Of a DNA stretch of 64,000 bases, positions 30,161 through 39,486 are shown piece by piece. The translations under genes were made by a program, and so were the position numbers. The first letter of the stretch is position 1. Each line of letters begins with the position of its first letter. The notes beneath the pieces are model-generated. The model saw only the letters and a program-made list of their open reading frames with translations, made no database searches and was not told the DNA's origin. Source of the DNA: Pseudomonadota bacterium (GTDB taxonomy: Bacteria > Desulfobacterota > Desulfobacteria > Desulfobacterales > JBDRRP01); assembly GCA_043825735.1 (NCBI GenBank), contig JBDRRP010000152.1, positions 1-64,000 on the forward strand. The letters run 5' to 3'.

Positions 30161-30303
30161 GGAGTCTCTTTCAGGGTGAGATAAACTGGAATATCGATAT
30201 CGCTCATCGCAGTGATTCTTCCGGTTGCCTGGCTTCCGAATAAATCCGCAACACCGGGCAGTCGGTCATGATCACTTTGGCGGCTTTTTGATTGGCGGTT
30301 CAT
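30157..30303 (-). pseudogene. Truncated paralog of the MNT at 28678-29091
   Basis: 48-aa frame MNRQ..LPGVADLFGSQATGRITAMSDIDIPVYL; DNA 30190-30249 near-identical to 28942-29001. Confidence 0.8.
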
Positions 30304-30313
30304 CGGTGTGCGG

Positions 30314-30553
30314 CGCCCCCTCCCCTAACCCCTCCCACACGGGGAGGGGAATGAATCAGTGTCTCTCCATAAATGACATCTTTGCCTTACAAACCCTGCG
30401 CCGCGCGCAGGGTTCCAGGAGAAAAGAGACGGCCCAGTGCAGCGTTTTCACACTTTTGGAAATCCTCGAAATAGCAGGCTATTCCTGCGGTTTCCAAAAT
30501 GTTCAAGCCTTGCTCTGAACCAAAATCTACCATTTCTGGACGGACACGAACTA
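30314..30553. repeat. Cluster of palindromes (REP-like 30314-30350; hairpins 30392-30414 and 30454-30499)
   Basis: CCCCTCCC..GGGGAGGGG (related to 29103-29136 and 1108-1147); AACCCTGCGC/GCGCAGGGTT; TTTTGGAAA..AATAGC/GCTATT..TTTCCAAAA. Confidence 0.6.
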
Positions 30554-30628
30554 ATGATCAGGCCTCACAAATATACAACATCTTTAGAAGTTAAACCACT
30601 TAAAGACTTGGGAAATTTCCGGTGGTGA

Positions 30629-33600
30629 TCATTCCTTCACCATCTGAACCACCGATTGCAGGCGCGCTCCGGCATCCATGGCCAGACTGAACAGTGCCGG
30701 AATGAGGAAAATGGTGAATACGGTGGAGATGAAAAGTCCGCCGATCACGACGCTGCCCAAGCCGCGATAAAACTCGGAACCGGCGCCGGGGAAAAGCACC
30801 AGGGGCAGCATGCCGAAGACCGTGGTAATCGTGCTCATGTAGATGGGCCGGATTCGGGTGCGTACCGACTCGGTGATGGCGTCACGGGCGGCCATGTGCT
30901 GCTCGCGCATGTTGTTTAGCGCCTGGTGGACGATCAGGATGGCATTGTTGACTACGGTACCCACCAATATGATGAACCCCAGCATGGTAATGATATCGAG
31001 CGCCTGGTTGGCCACAAACCGGTTCACCAGGAAAAGGCCGACGAACCCGCCGGCAGCGGCAATCGGCACGCTGAACATGATGATCAGCGGATAAAAGAAG
31101 TTTTCAAAGAGCGCTGACATGAGCAGGTAGCTGATCACCACCGCCATCACGAAATTCCAGAGCAGGGCTTCCCGGGTTTTGGTGAGTCTATCGGCGGTAC
31201 CGCCCATCATGATGGAATAAAGCCCGCCCAACTGCCCTGAGGCCTTGACGGGATTCACCACCTTTTCCCGGATGATGTCCATGGCGGTTTCCAGGGCAAT
31301 GGTCTCCGAGGGGATGATCTGAATCGTGATGGCGCGCTGCGAATCGATATGGTTGATCTGAGTCGGCCCTTCGGCCAGTGTCACGTCGGCCAGGGCAGCG
31401 AGGGTCACGCGCTCCCCTGTTGGTGATATTATCGGCAGATTTTCAAGATCTTGAGTGCGGTTGAGGCGCCCTTCCCGACTTTTGACCACCAGATCGATCT
31501 CATCGCCCAAAAGTCTGTAGGTGCTGGCCCGGGTGCCGTCCACCAAGGCGTCCACGGTAATCCCCAAATCAGTGGTGTTGATCCCCAGCCGAGTCATGCG
31601 CTCCCGATCCGGAATGACGCGCATCTCCGGGTTGCCAAGGTCCAGCCCGGGGATGGGACGAATCTGTGCCCCGGGCAGCGCCTGCATGGACATGCCGAAC
31701 ACCTGACGCCCCAGTTGAATCAGCGTTTCAAGGTTGGGTCCTTTGATTTCGATTTCGATGGACCGGCCTTTACCGATTCCCCGAGAAAAGAGGCTCGACT
31801 GCTGAACAATGGCGATCATACCCGGAATTTTTCGTAAGGCACTGTAAATATAAGGCAATAGCTCCCGCGTGCGCTCCTGGACCTTGGAAACAACCCCCAT
31901 AAACACCGACTGCCCCACGGCCACGTAAAAGAAATTTCGCACCGGCGGGATGCCTTTTTCCCTGACAAATGCGTTGGTCTCTCCCTCTTTTTCAATGAGC
32001 GGCAGGATATCTTTTTCGACCTCCTTACCGATTTCGGTCAACTCTTCCAGGTTGTACCCGGGCGGCGGCAGCAATATACCAAAAAGCATCTCACGGTTAC
32101 CCTGGGGCAGGTATTCGGTTTTGGGAATCAGCAAAACGACGAACAATACCGCCACGAGAATCAACCCCCCTGCTACTGCAAGTCGCGCCGTCACCCGCCC
32201 GCACATCCAGTAAACGAACCTCGTAATGCCGCTCACAAACGCCTGGGCCGCCTCGGTCAGAGCGCCCGCTCGCCGCCCGGCTTTCTGGTTGTGAGCCTTT
32301 CCGAGAATCTTCGCCGACAAGGTGGGGATACCCGTAATGGAGATGATAAGACTCAAGGTCACAGCGCTGCTGATGGCGATGGCGATATCCCGGAAAAGCT
32401 GGCCGGCTTCTTCCTGCACAAATACAATGGGAACAAACACTGCCACGGTCGTGAGGGTACTGGCCAGCACCGCGCCCCAGACTTCGGATGTACCGTCAAA
32501 AGCGGCCTTGATCCGGTTTTTCCCCATTTCCCGGTGTCGGTAAATGTTCTCGAAAACAACGATGGAGTTGTCCACCACCATGCCGATGGCAAAACTGAGG
32601 CCCGCCAGGCTCACTACGTTGATGTTTCGCCCCATGAGGGTCATCACCAGGAAGGTGCCGATGATGCTGACCGGAATGGCCAGGGCGATGATGATTGTGC
32701 TGGCGATATTTCTGAGGAAGGCCAGTAAAACCACAACGGCCAGACTACCGCCCACCAGGATGTTCTTTTTCACCAAATCGATGGCCGAGTAGATATAGCC
32801 GGTCTCATCGTAGACCTGCTCGATTTCGATGCCGTGATCTTTTAAAATACCGGCGTTGAGCGCATCGAGCGTCTTTTTCAGCTTCGCCATCACCACCAGG
32901 ACGTTAGCGCCGGGCTCGCGCACAGCGTTCATGACCATGGTGGGCGTGCCCATGTGGCGCACCACCACCCTCGGGTCGCCGTAGTCCAGACGGACTGTTG
33001 CGACATCCTTTACCGCCACCGCGATCCCCGCCACGCGCTTAATTATGACGTTTTCGACGTCTTCGGGCCGCTCAAACTCTCCCACCGTACGGGCAATGTA
33101 CCGGCGCTTTCCTTCATCGAAATCACCGGCGCTGATGTTTTTGTTTTCAATGCTCAGCGCCCGAATCAACTCCGGCACCGTCACCTGCCGCGCCGTGAGG
33201 GCCTCCACATCGAAGACCACCTGAAGCTCGCGCTCCCGTCCGCCGTAGATGTTGGCCGAGGCAATCCCGGCGATCCGCTCCAGGGCTGGTTTTACGTGTT
33301 CATCAAGAAAGTCGTACTCGTAGTAAAGGGCCCCCGTGTACCCCGGCCGCGCCTTGAGGATCATCCAGGCGATGGCCGTCTCCCGCCGCCCGCCGCTCTT
33401 GATGAGCGGTTTATCCACGTCGACGGGGTATTTTTTGACCTGCTCCATTTTGTTGGAGGTTCGCAGCAGGGCGGTATCGATGTCCGTGCCTATTTCAAAG
33501 ATGAGGCTGATGTTGGATTGACCGTCCACACTCTCGCTGGTCATCTCCTCCAACCCGTCAAGGTTCTTGAGTTGCTCCTCCTGGACGTCGGTGACCTCGC

Positions 33601-33781
33601 GCTCCACCTCGACGGGGCTGGCCCCCTTCCAGACCGTCTCGATGGAAATCTCGGGCAGATCCACGTCCGGGGTAAGCTGAATGGGAATCCGAAACAAGGA
33701 TATCAGCCCGAAGAGGATGAGCAGGAGCACGCCGACGGCAACGGTGACCGGGCGCTTGATGGCGGTATCGACAATTTTCAT
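30629..33781 (-). CDS. RND (AcrB/AcrD/AcrF family) efflux permease
   Basis: 1050 aa; GMVVDNSIVV, VNNAIL, RIRPIYMS. Confidence 0.93.
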   Translation of the reverse strand: MKIVDTAIKRPVTVAVGVLLLILFGLISLFRIPIQLTPDVDLPEISIETVWKGASPVEVEREVTDVQEEQLKNLDGLEEMTSESVDGQSNISLIFEIGTDIDTALLRTSNKMEQVKKYPVDVDKPLIKSGGRRETAIAWMILKARPGYTGALYYEYDFLDEHVKPALERIAGIASANIYGGRERELQVVFDVEALTARQVTVPELIRALSIENKNISAGDFDEGKRRYIARTVGEFERPEDVENVIIKRVAGIAVAVKDVATVRLDYGDPRVVVRHMGTPTMVMNAVREPGANVLVVMAKLKKTLDALNAGILKDHGIEIEQVYDETGYIYSAIDLVKKNILVGGSLAVVVLLAFLRNIASTIIIALAIPVSIIGTFLVMTLMGRNINVVSLAGLSFAIGMVVDNSIVVFENIYRHREMGKNRIKAAFDGTSEVWGAVLASTLTTVAVFVPIVFVQEEAGQLFRDIAIAISSAVTLSLIISITGIPTLSAKILGKAHNQKAGRRAGALTEAAQAFVSGITRFVYWMCGRVTARLAVAGGLILVAVLFVVLLIPKTEYLPQGNREMLFGILLPPPGYNLEELTEIGKEVEKDILPLIEKEGETNAFVREKGIPPVRNFFYVAVGQSVFMGVVSKVQERTRELLPYIYSALRKIPGMIAIVQQSSLFSRGIGKGRSIEIEIKGPNLETLIQLGRQVFGMSMQALPGAQIRPIPGLDLGNPEMRVIPDRERMTRLGINTTDLGITVDALVDGTRASTYRLLGDEIDLVVKSREGRLNRTQDLENLPIISPTGERVTLAALADVTLAEGPTQINHIDSQRAITIQIIPSETIALETAMDIIREKVVNPVKASGQLGGLYSIMMGGTADRLTKTREALLWNFVMAVVISYLLMSALFENFFYPLIIMFSVPIAAAGGFVGLFLVNRFVANQALDIITMLGFIILVGTVVNNAILIVHQALNNMREQHMAARDAITESVRTRIRPIYMSTITTVFGMLPLVLFPGAGSEFYRGLGSVVIGGLFISTVFTIFLIPALFSLAMDAGARLQSVVQMVKE

Positions 33782-34908
33782 TCAGTTACCTGCACAGCCT
33801 GCCCCGGACGGAGCCTTTCATTGCCGCGGGTGACGACCGGCATACCCGGAGTGACCGGGCCTTTCACCGCGACATGGCCGTTATAATAACCGTCGATGTC
33901 CACCGGCAAAGGTACTGCCTTGCCCTCCGCGACGGTATAGACCAGGTGGCTGGCGCCGCTTGAAACGACGGCGTCCTTGGGCACCAGTGTGGCAATTTTG
34001 CGGGTATCCAGATCCAGGCTGACGATGGCCTCCATCCCGGGCCGAAGCCGCAAATCAGGATTCGCCAGTTCCACCCGGAGCGGAAACGTTCTTGCAATGG
34101 CATTTCCCAGCGGCAGCTTCGATTGCACCGAAGCGGGCATGCGTCCGGTGTTCACGCTGCGGATGATGACACCGGCCGCTGCACCTTTTGGAATGTGCAC
34201 TGCGTAGCGCTCAGGCACGTCCACGGTCACATATACGTGGGAAATGTCGATCAGGGTGACCACGCTGCCACCGGTATTGATCCATTGCCCCACCTGGGTG
34301 TGCTCGTCGGAAACCAATCCATCGAATGGGGCGGTGACCCGGGTCTGGGCAATCCGGTAGTCCAGCAGTTCCAATTCGGCTTCCCGGCGCTGCAGTTCAG
34401 CAGCCAGAGCCCCGTAAGAGGACAGGGCGTCGTCATAGCTGCGTTCGGCAACGCTGTTGGCCGCCTTGAGCTGCTCCTGCCGATCCAGTTCTTTTCGCGC
34501 CCGTTCGAGATTGACGCGGGTCATTTCGCGAACGGCCACGGTTGCTTTTCGTTGCAGAACAAGATCAGTGGATCTGAGGGTAACCAGCAAATCGCCTTTC
34601 TTGACGCTATCGCCCTCCTTTACGGAAAATGACGCCACAACACCATTTCCTTCGGAGGCCACGATACTGGTGGCAATGGCCTCAACGGTGCCCACGATGG
34701 TGATCTGATTGGAGACTTCGCGCGACTCAGCCGTGGCGATGCGCACCGGAGACGGCGGCGGCCCGCTTTTCTTGGCGGCATCCTGGGCACAAACCGGCGT
34801 CGCACCAACGGTTGAGGCCATCACTGCCACTGCAACAGCGGATAAAAGTCTCCGGGAAAGGGGAATCAAGGGAAGCGTCATCGGTCCGGCTCCGTGGTTT
34901 GTGCCCAT
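33778..34908 (-). CDS. RND periplasmic adaptor (MFP)
   Basis: VKEGDSVKKG, APFDG, LRPGM; start could be ATG 34881. Confidence 0.9.
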   Translation of the reverse strand: MGTNHGAGPMTLPLIPLSRRLLSAVAVAVMASTVGATPVCAQDAAKKSGPPPSPVRIATAESREVSNQITIVGTVEAIATSIVASEGNGVVASFSVKEGDSVKKGDLLVTLRSTDLVLQRKATVAVREMTRVNLERARKELDRQEQLKAANSVAERSYDDALSSYGALAAELQRREAELELLDYRIAQTRVTAPFDGLVSDEHTQVGQWINTGGSVVTLIDISHVYVTVDVPERYAVHIPKGAAAGVIIRSVNTGRMPASVQSKLPLGNAIARTFPLRVELANPDLRLRPGMEAIVSLDLDTRKIATLVPKDAVVSSGASHLVYTVAEGKAVPLPVDIDGYYNGHVAVKGPVTPGMPVVTRGNERLRPGQAVQVTE

Positions 34909-34925
34909 CCACCAATGGCATCTTT

Positions 34926-35080
34926 GACAAAACCGTAAAAAAGCAATCCTCGCGCAAAGTCGCCAAGCACGCCAAGAAAAACAGTATTAATATTAATTAG
35001 TTAACTTTGAGATCTTTGCGGCTTTGCGAGAGATTTCGACTTTTTACGAATGCATCATCTTTGACAAATCCGTAAAAAGT
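34926..35080. mobile_element. Miniature inverted-repeat element family A plus adjacent extra left end
   Basis: TIRs 34926-34943 and 35039-35056; ATCTTT flanks at 34920 and 35057; third TIR 35063-35080. Confidence 0.75.
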
Positions 35081-35467
35081 CGGATTGCTCTCGTTGTTGT
35101 CAATCCCGCCATGGCGAAGCACCCAATTGTGGGCAGTCACTATTTTTTTATGACAATCGCCAGAAAGCTAATGTTGATGGAGTCTAAATACCTTAAATCA
35201 AGAGGTCAAGTGATACACGGCGGCGATAGCATATTCTTGGTGCGACGGATTCATGTCGACCATGTGCATTTCTTCCGCGTTCACCTGTTGAGCCGCCGTG
35301 TATGTATGGATCCGGTTTCAGTTGATCGGCCCTAAAAGCCCAACGTTTCGCTTAGCGCTCCGGGTGAAAAGTGTCGCCGCAGAGAACGAGAGCGGTCTTG
35401 CCCGGTGGGCGTTGTGTGTTATATTGAGCGATCTGTCATTAAAGAATAGCGACTGAAAGGATATCTG

Positions 35468-36223
35468 ATGAAACTGGCAGTCAGTGGAAAAGGCGGTGTG
35501 GGCAAGACGACGTTTGCTGCGCTCTTGATCCGGACACTTAACGACCAGGGTAAAAAAGTGCTGGCCATCGACGCGGATCCCGACGCCAACCTGGCGGCGG
35601 CCCTTGGCATCCCCAACGCCGAGGACATCATTCCCATCGCCGAGATGAAAGAGCTCATTTTTGAGAGAACCGAAGCCAAACAAGGCAGCATCGGGGGCTT
35701 TTTCAAGCTCAACCCCAAGGTCGACGACCTGCCCGAAGCGCTGTCGGCACGGCTTGGAAACATCAAACTAATGCGCCTGGGCGGTGTTAAAAAAGGCGGC
35801 AGCGGGTGTATCTGCCCGGAAAGCACCTTGCTGCGTGCACTCGTCATGCATGTGGTGCTGGCCCGCGACGAGGTGGTGGTCATGGACATGGAGGCCGGCA
35901 TCGAGCACCTGGGAAGGGCCACGGCCAAGGCCGTGGACAAACTCATTGTGGTGGTGGAACCCGGTCGCCGCAGCATCGACACGGCCAACCACATCCGTAA
36001 GCTTGCCGGAGAAATCGGTCTGGCCGACATCCACATCGTCGGCAACAAGATCCGCAGTCCGCAGGATGAAACATTCCTCAGGACCCATCTCTCGGATTTC
36101 AGTTTCCTCGGATTCATCCCCTACGATGCCGCCCTCATCGAAGCCGATCTCAGCGGAACGTCCCCTTACGATGCCGAGGCCACGGCCAAATCGATCGTCG
36201 CCAAAATGATCGCCAATCTCTGA
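35468..36223 (+). CDS. cooC: CooC/AcsF-family nickel-insertion ATPase
   Basis: GKGGVGKTT, DADPDANL, GCICP, DMEAGIEHLGR. Confidence 0.88.
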   Translation: MKLAVSGKGGVGKTTFAALLIRTLNDQGKKVLAIDADPDANLAAALGIPNAEDIIPIAEMKELIFERTEAKQGSIGGFFKLNPKVDDLPEALSARLGNIKLMRLGGVKKGGSGCICPESTLLRALVMHVVLARDEVVVMDMEAGIEHLGRATAKAVDKLIVVVEPGRRSIDTANHIRKLAGEIGLADIHIVGNKIRSPQDETFLRTHLSDFSFLGFIPYDAALIEADLSGTSPYDAEATAKSIVAKMIANL

Positions 36224-38343
36224 TGCCTGGCAAGAAACGATTCCACCGAAACCCGCGGGGGGGCCGCCCTGCCGGGGAAAAGAGCCGCCCCTCTCAAATC
36301 CGGGCCATGGCCGATCCTGTGCTAAAAAAAGCCTTCGCGCGGATCGGCGTTCCGGCCAAACGCCCCTTCCGGGCCGACGCCTTCCAGGAGGAAGCTGTGG
36401 CCGCATTGGGGGCGGACGATGTGCTGGTGACAGCGCCCACTGGCTCAGGCAAAACCTGGATCGCCGAGCAGGTCATCTCCCGCACCTTGAAAGCGGGCGG
36501 CAGCGCCTGGTACGCATCACCGCTGAAGGCCCTCACCAATAGTAAATACCAGGAATTTGCCGCGCTGTTCGGGGCTGACACGGTGGGCATCCTCACCGGC
36601 GACCGGAAGGAAAACCCCGACGCCGCAGTCATCACAGGCACCACCGAAATTCTGAGAAACCAGCTCTACGACGCCATGCACCACGGCGAAACGCTTCAAA
36701 CCGACGTGGTGATCCTCGACGAAGCCCATTTTCTCGGCGATCCCGACCGGGGAGTGGTCTGGGAGGAGATCATGATCTACCTCCCCGTGCGGGTCCCTCT
36801 GCTCATGCTTTCAGCTACCATCGGCAACGCAGATCAGATCGCTGCGTGGCTGGAGCGAATTCGCTGCAAGCCCTGCCGGGTGGTCGCGGAAACCCGGCGA
36901 CCGGTCCCGCTCTATCCGCTTTTCTTTCACCCCACCGGCACCCTCTATCCGCTCACTGTGGGTGACAAGGATAAAAAAGTCCGGCTTCATAAAAAAGTCT
37001 ACCAGCATACCACCGCCCACCGCCCCATGCTCATGGCGCCCCCCCGCCAGCTTCCCCCGTTTGGCGATATTCTTAAGGTCATGAAAAAATTCAGCCTGCT
37101 GCCGGCCATATTCTTCATGAAATCACGCGCCGACTGCGATCAGGCGCTCACCCTGGCGGCCCGCCGTCACACCCTGCCGCCGGAACGGCGCCACGCCATC
37201 GCCCAGCGCGTCGATACCCTCACTCAGGGTATCCCCCACGCGGCCGAGCACCGCCAGCGGTATTTGTTGGAGCACCACGGGGTCGGGGCCCACCACAGCG
37301 GTCAGTTGCCGGCATGGAAGATTGTCCTGGAAAACCTCATGACCGAAGGTCTTCTTGACGCCATTTTCGCCACCAGCACAGTGGCTGCCGGCGTCAATTT
37401 CCCGGCACGAACCATCGTGTTTCTCAATTCCGACAAATTCAACGGCATCGACTTTTCGCCCCTGACCCCCACCGAATTTCACCAGATGACCGGCCGCGCC
37501 GGCAGGCGCGGTATGGACAATATCGGTTTTGCCGTGGTGCTGCCGGGACGGTTCATGGACGTGGGGGCTGTGGCCAAACTCGTGAACGCGCCGCCTTCGG
37601 GAGTGATGAGCCAGATTCACATCAACTTCAGCATGGTGCTCAATCTGCTTCTCTCCCATACGCCGCCGCAGGTGGAAGAGCTTCTCAGCAAATCATTTGC
37701 CGCCTTTCAGATCGAGGCGGCCGAGTCGGTACCGGGGCTCATGAAAAAAATCGGCTACGGCCAGCGCCACCTTGCCGAAGCCTTTGACCACCACCTGCAG
37801 TTTCTGGTTATCCACGGCTACGCCACCGCTGAAGGCAGACTTACCGACGACGGCCTGTGGGCATCCAAGCTGCGGGTGGACCACCCCCTGCTGCTGGCCG
37901 AAGGGTTTCGCCACCGACTGTTTCCCGACAAAGATCCGGCCCTGCTGGCCGCCATCATGGCCGTTTTCGTCAACGAGCGGGAAACCAACGACACCATCGA
38001 CCGCGCATTGCTGCCGGAAGCATTGAAAAAGACGTACTTCAGCGTCCGTCAAAAACTGCTCCCCTTCATGGCGGAAATGAGCGACTGCGGATTTGCCACC
38101 CGCCCCATGTACCTCAGGCCGGCGGTGAGCATTCATGCCTGGTGCGCGGGAAAGGATTGGGAGTTCGTTCAGAGACTCTCTGAAATGGAGGAAGGAAACC
38201 TCGTCATGCTGATGCTCAGGACGGCCGATCATTTACGCCACGTTCGGTCGCTCAAGGATGTGTTTCCCGAAGCCGCCGAAACGGCGGCCGCGGCCATTGA
38301 TTTGATTTTACGGGAACCGGTGACAACGGAGCTGGGGATGTAA
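36223..38343 (+). CDS. Ski2/HelY-like DEAH-box helicase
   Basis: APTGSGKT, PLKALTN, DEAH, SAT, QMTGRAGRRG. Confidence 0.9.
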   Translation: MPGKKRFHRNPRGGRPAGEKSRPSQIRAMADPVLKKAFARIGVPAKRPFRADAFQEEAVAALGADDVLVTAPTGSGKTWIAEQVISRTLKAGGSAWYASPLKALTNSKYQEFAALFGADTVGILTGDRKENPDAAVITGTTEILRNQLYDAMHHGETLQTDVVILDEAHFLGDPDRGVVWEEIMIYLPVRVPLLMLSATIGNADQIAAWLERIRCKPCRVVAETRRPVPLYPLFFHPTGTLYPLTVGDKDKKVRLHKKVYQHTTAHRPMLMAPPRQLPPFGDILKVMKKFSLLPAIFFMKSRADCDQALTLAARRHTLPPERRHAIAQRVDTLTQGIPHAAEHRQRYLLEHHGVGAHHSGQLPAWKIVLENLMTEGLLDAIFATSTVAAGVNFPARTIVFLNSDKFNGIDFSPLTPTEFHQMTGRAGRRGMDNIGFAVVLPGRFMDVGAVAKLVNAPPSGVMSQIHINFSMVLNLLLSHTPPQVEELLSKSFAAFQIEAAESVPGLMKKIGYGQRHLAEAFDHHLQFLVIHGYATAEGRLTDDGLWASKLRVDHPLLLAEGFRHRLFPDKDPALLAAIMAVFVNERETNDTIDRALLPEALKKTYFSVRQKLLPFMAEMSDCGFATRPMYLRPAVSIHAWCAGKDWEFVQRLSEMEEGNLVMLMLRTADHLRHVRSLKDVFPEAAETAAAAIDLILREPVTTELGM

Positions 38344-38378
38344 GCAGATTTCGGATTGTTGATTGTTGAATTTTTTAA

Positions 38379-38667
38379 TCTGGTTAGGCACTATTCTCCA
38401 GCTGGTGTTCTGGCTGTTTCGTAGGGGAGGAGGGTTTTCTTGTCCGCCATAGCCTTGGCGACGGAGGATCCCCTCCCACAATCGGCTAAGATGCCCCCGA
38501 TCGTTTGTGTTGACCAATCACGGGCGGGGATAAACCCCGCACCCTACACGATTTGGTAACCCCATGTGCCCATATGGGATGCCGCGATGTGCGCTTCGGT
38601 GCAATTACGAATTTCATTTGCTCAAACAGCGCCTGCCCATCCACTGGAGAATAGTGCATAATTAAGT
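38379..38667. mobile_element. Miniature inverted-repeat element family B, copy 1 (GTAG-REP doublet inside)
   Basis: TGGTTAGGCACTATTCTCCAG ... CTGGAGAATAGTGCATAA; similar over full length to 44035-44327. Confidence 0.8.
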
Positions 38668-38709
38668 CTTTTAATATTTCGACAGTGTCAATCATTGCCT
38701 GCCGATTAA

Positions 38710-39300
38710 CTAACGCATACCCTGGTATTCCTGAACCGAAGCGTCAAAAGCTTCCTGAGATATTTTTTGAGAAAGCGCCGCTGGTGGAAAATCGAGATAG
38801 GAAAAAAGTTTGGTTTCCAAAGCGGCCGTCCGGTCGCACAACCACTGAAGCCGCTCGAAGAGGTGGTCCGCCCCCCCGCCATAACGTTCAATAATATAGG
38901 CCATGCGCTCCTCCAACGACACGATCTGGTCGTGGAGCACCCGCTTGTCGGCATAATTGACAATCTCCGCCGCGATCGGCTCACCGTCATCGGCGTAGAC
39001 AAGAAGGCGGACGTGCTGCCCCACGATGTCGCCCACTTCCGGATACCCTATTTCCCGCAGATACTGTTCACCCGTCTCGGCGTGGTTTTCCTTGGTCTCA
39101 AAGCTGCGGGTCTTGGTAATGTCGTGAAGCAGGGCGGCCGCGGTGATCAGGGGCAAGTTCACCGCGATGCCTTTATCGAGAATATTTTCGCTGATGAGCG
39201 ATGCCACCTGGTAGACCCGGATGGAATGCGCGGCAATGTGATCCAGCATTCCCATCCGGCGGATCAATCCATAACAGGCGTCTTTAGCGGGGATGTTCAT
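38710..39300 (-). CDS. HD-domain (HDIG-like) phosphohydrolase
   Basis: HS..LLHDITK..NHA..QHV..YADKR; start revised to ATG 39300. Confidence 0.85.
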   Translation of the reverse strand: MNIPAKDACYGLIRRMGMLDHIAAHSIRVYQVASLISENILDKGIAVNLPLITAAALLHDITKTRSFETKENHAETGEQYLREIGYPEVGDIVGQHVRLLVYADDGEPIAAEIVNYADKRVLHDQIVSLEERMAYIIERYGGGADHLFERLQWLCDRTAALETKLFSYLDFPPAALSQKISQEAFDASVQEYQGMR

Positions 39301-39486
39301 TTTAACTGCTCCGGTTAGCTGCTCCAGCCGATAGTGGCTAATGGAACATAGCATGGCCCCCAAGGATGCTTCAACCGCCGTGCGAATCAGCGGCGGCGCC
39401 GCTTGATCGATAGTGTCCGTCTATACATCCGCCGCCCCGGGCGGGAGGGGACAAGAGACTTCCCATGGATGGACACTATCTATATG

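Noticed and set aside
27221..30350. Integron cassette array
   Set aside because: No integrase and no recognisable attC sites; genes overlap directly
38345..38378. Short GATTGTT-like heptamer run after the helicase
   Set aside because: Only 3-4 degenerate units and no convincing complementary partner
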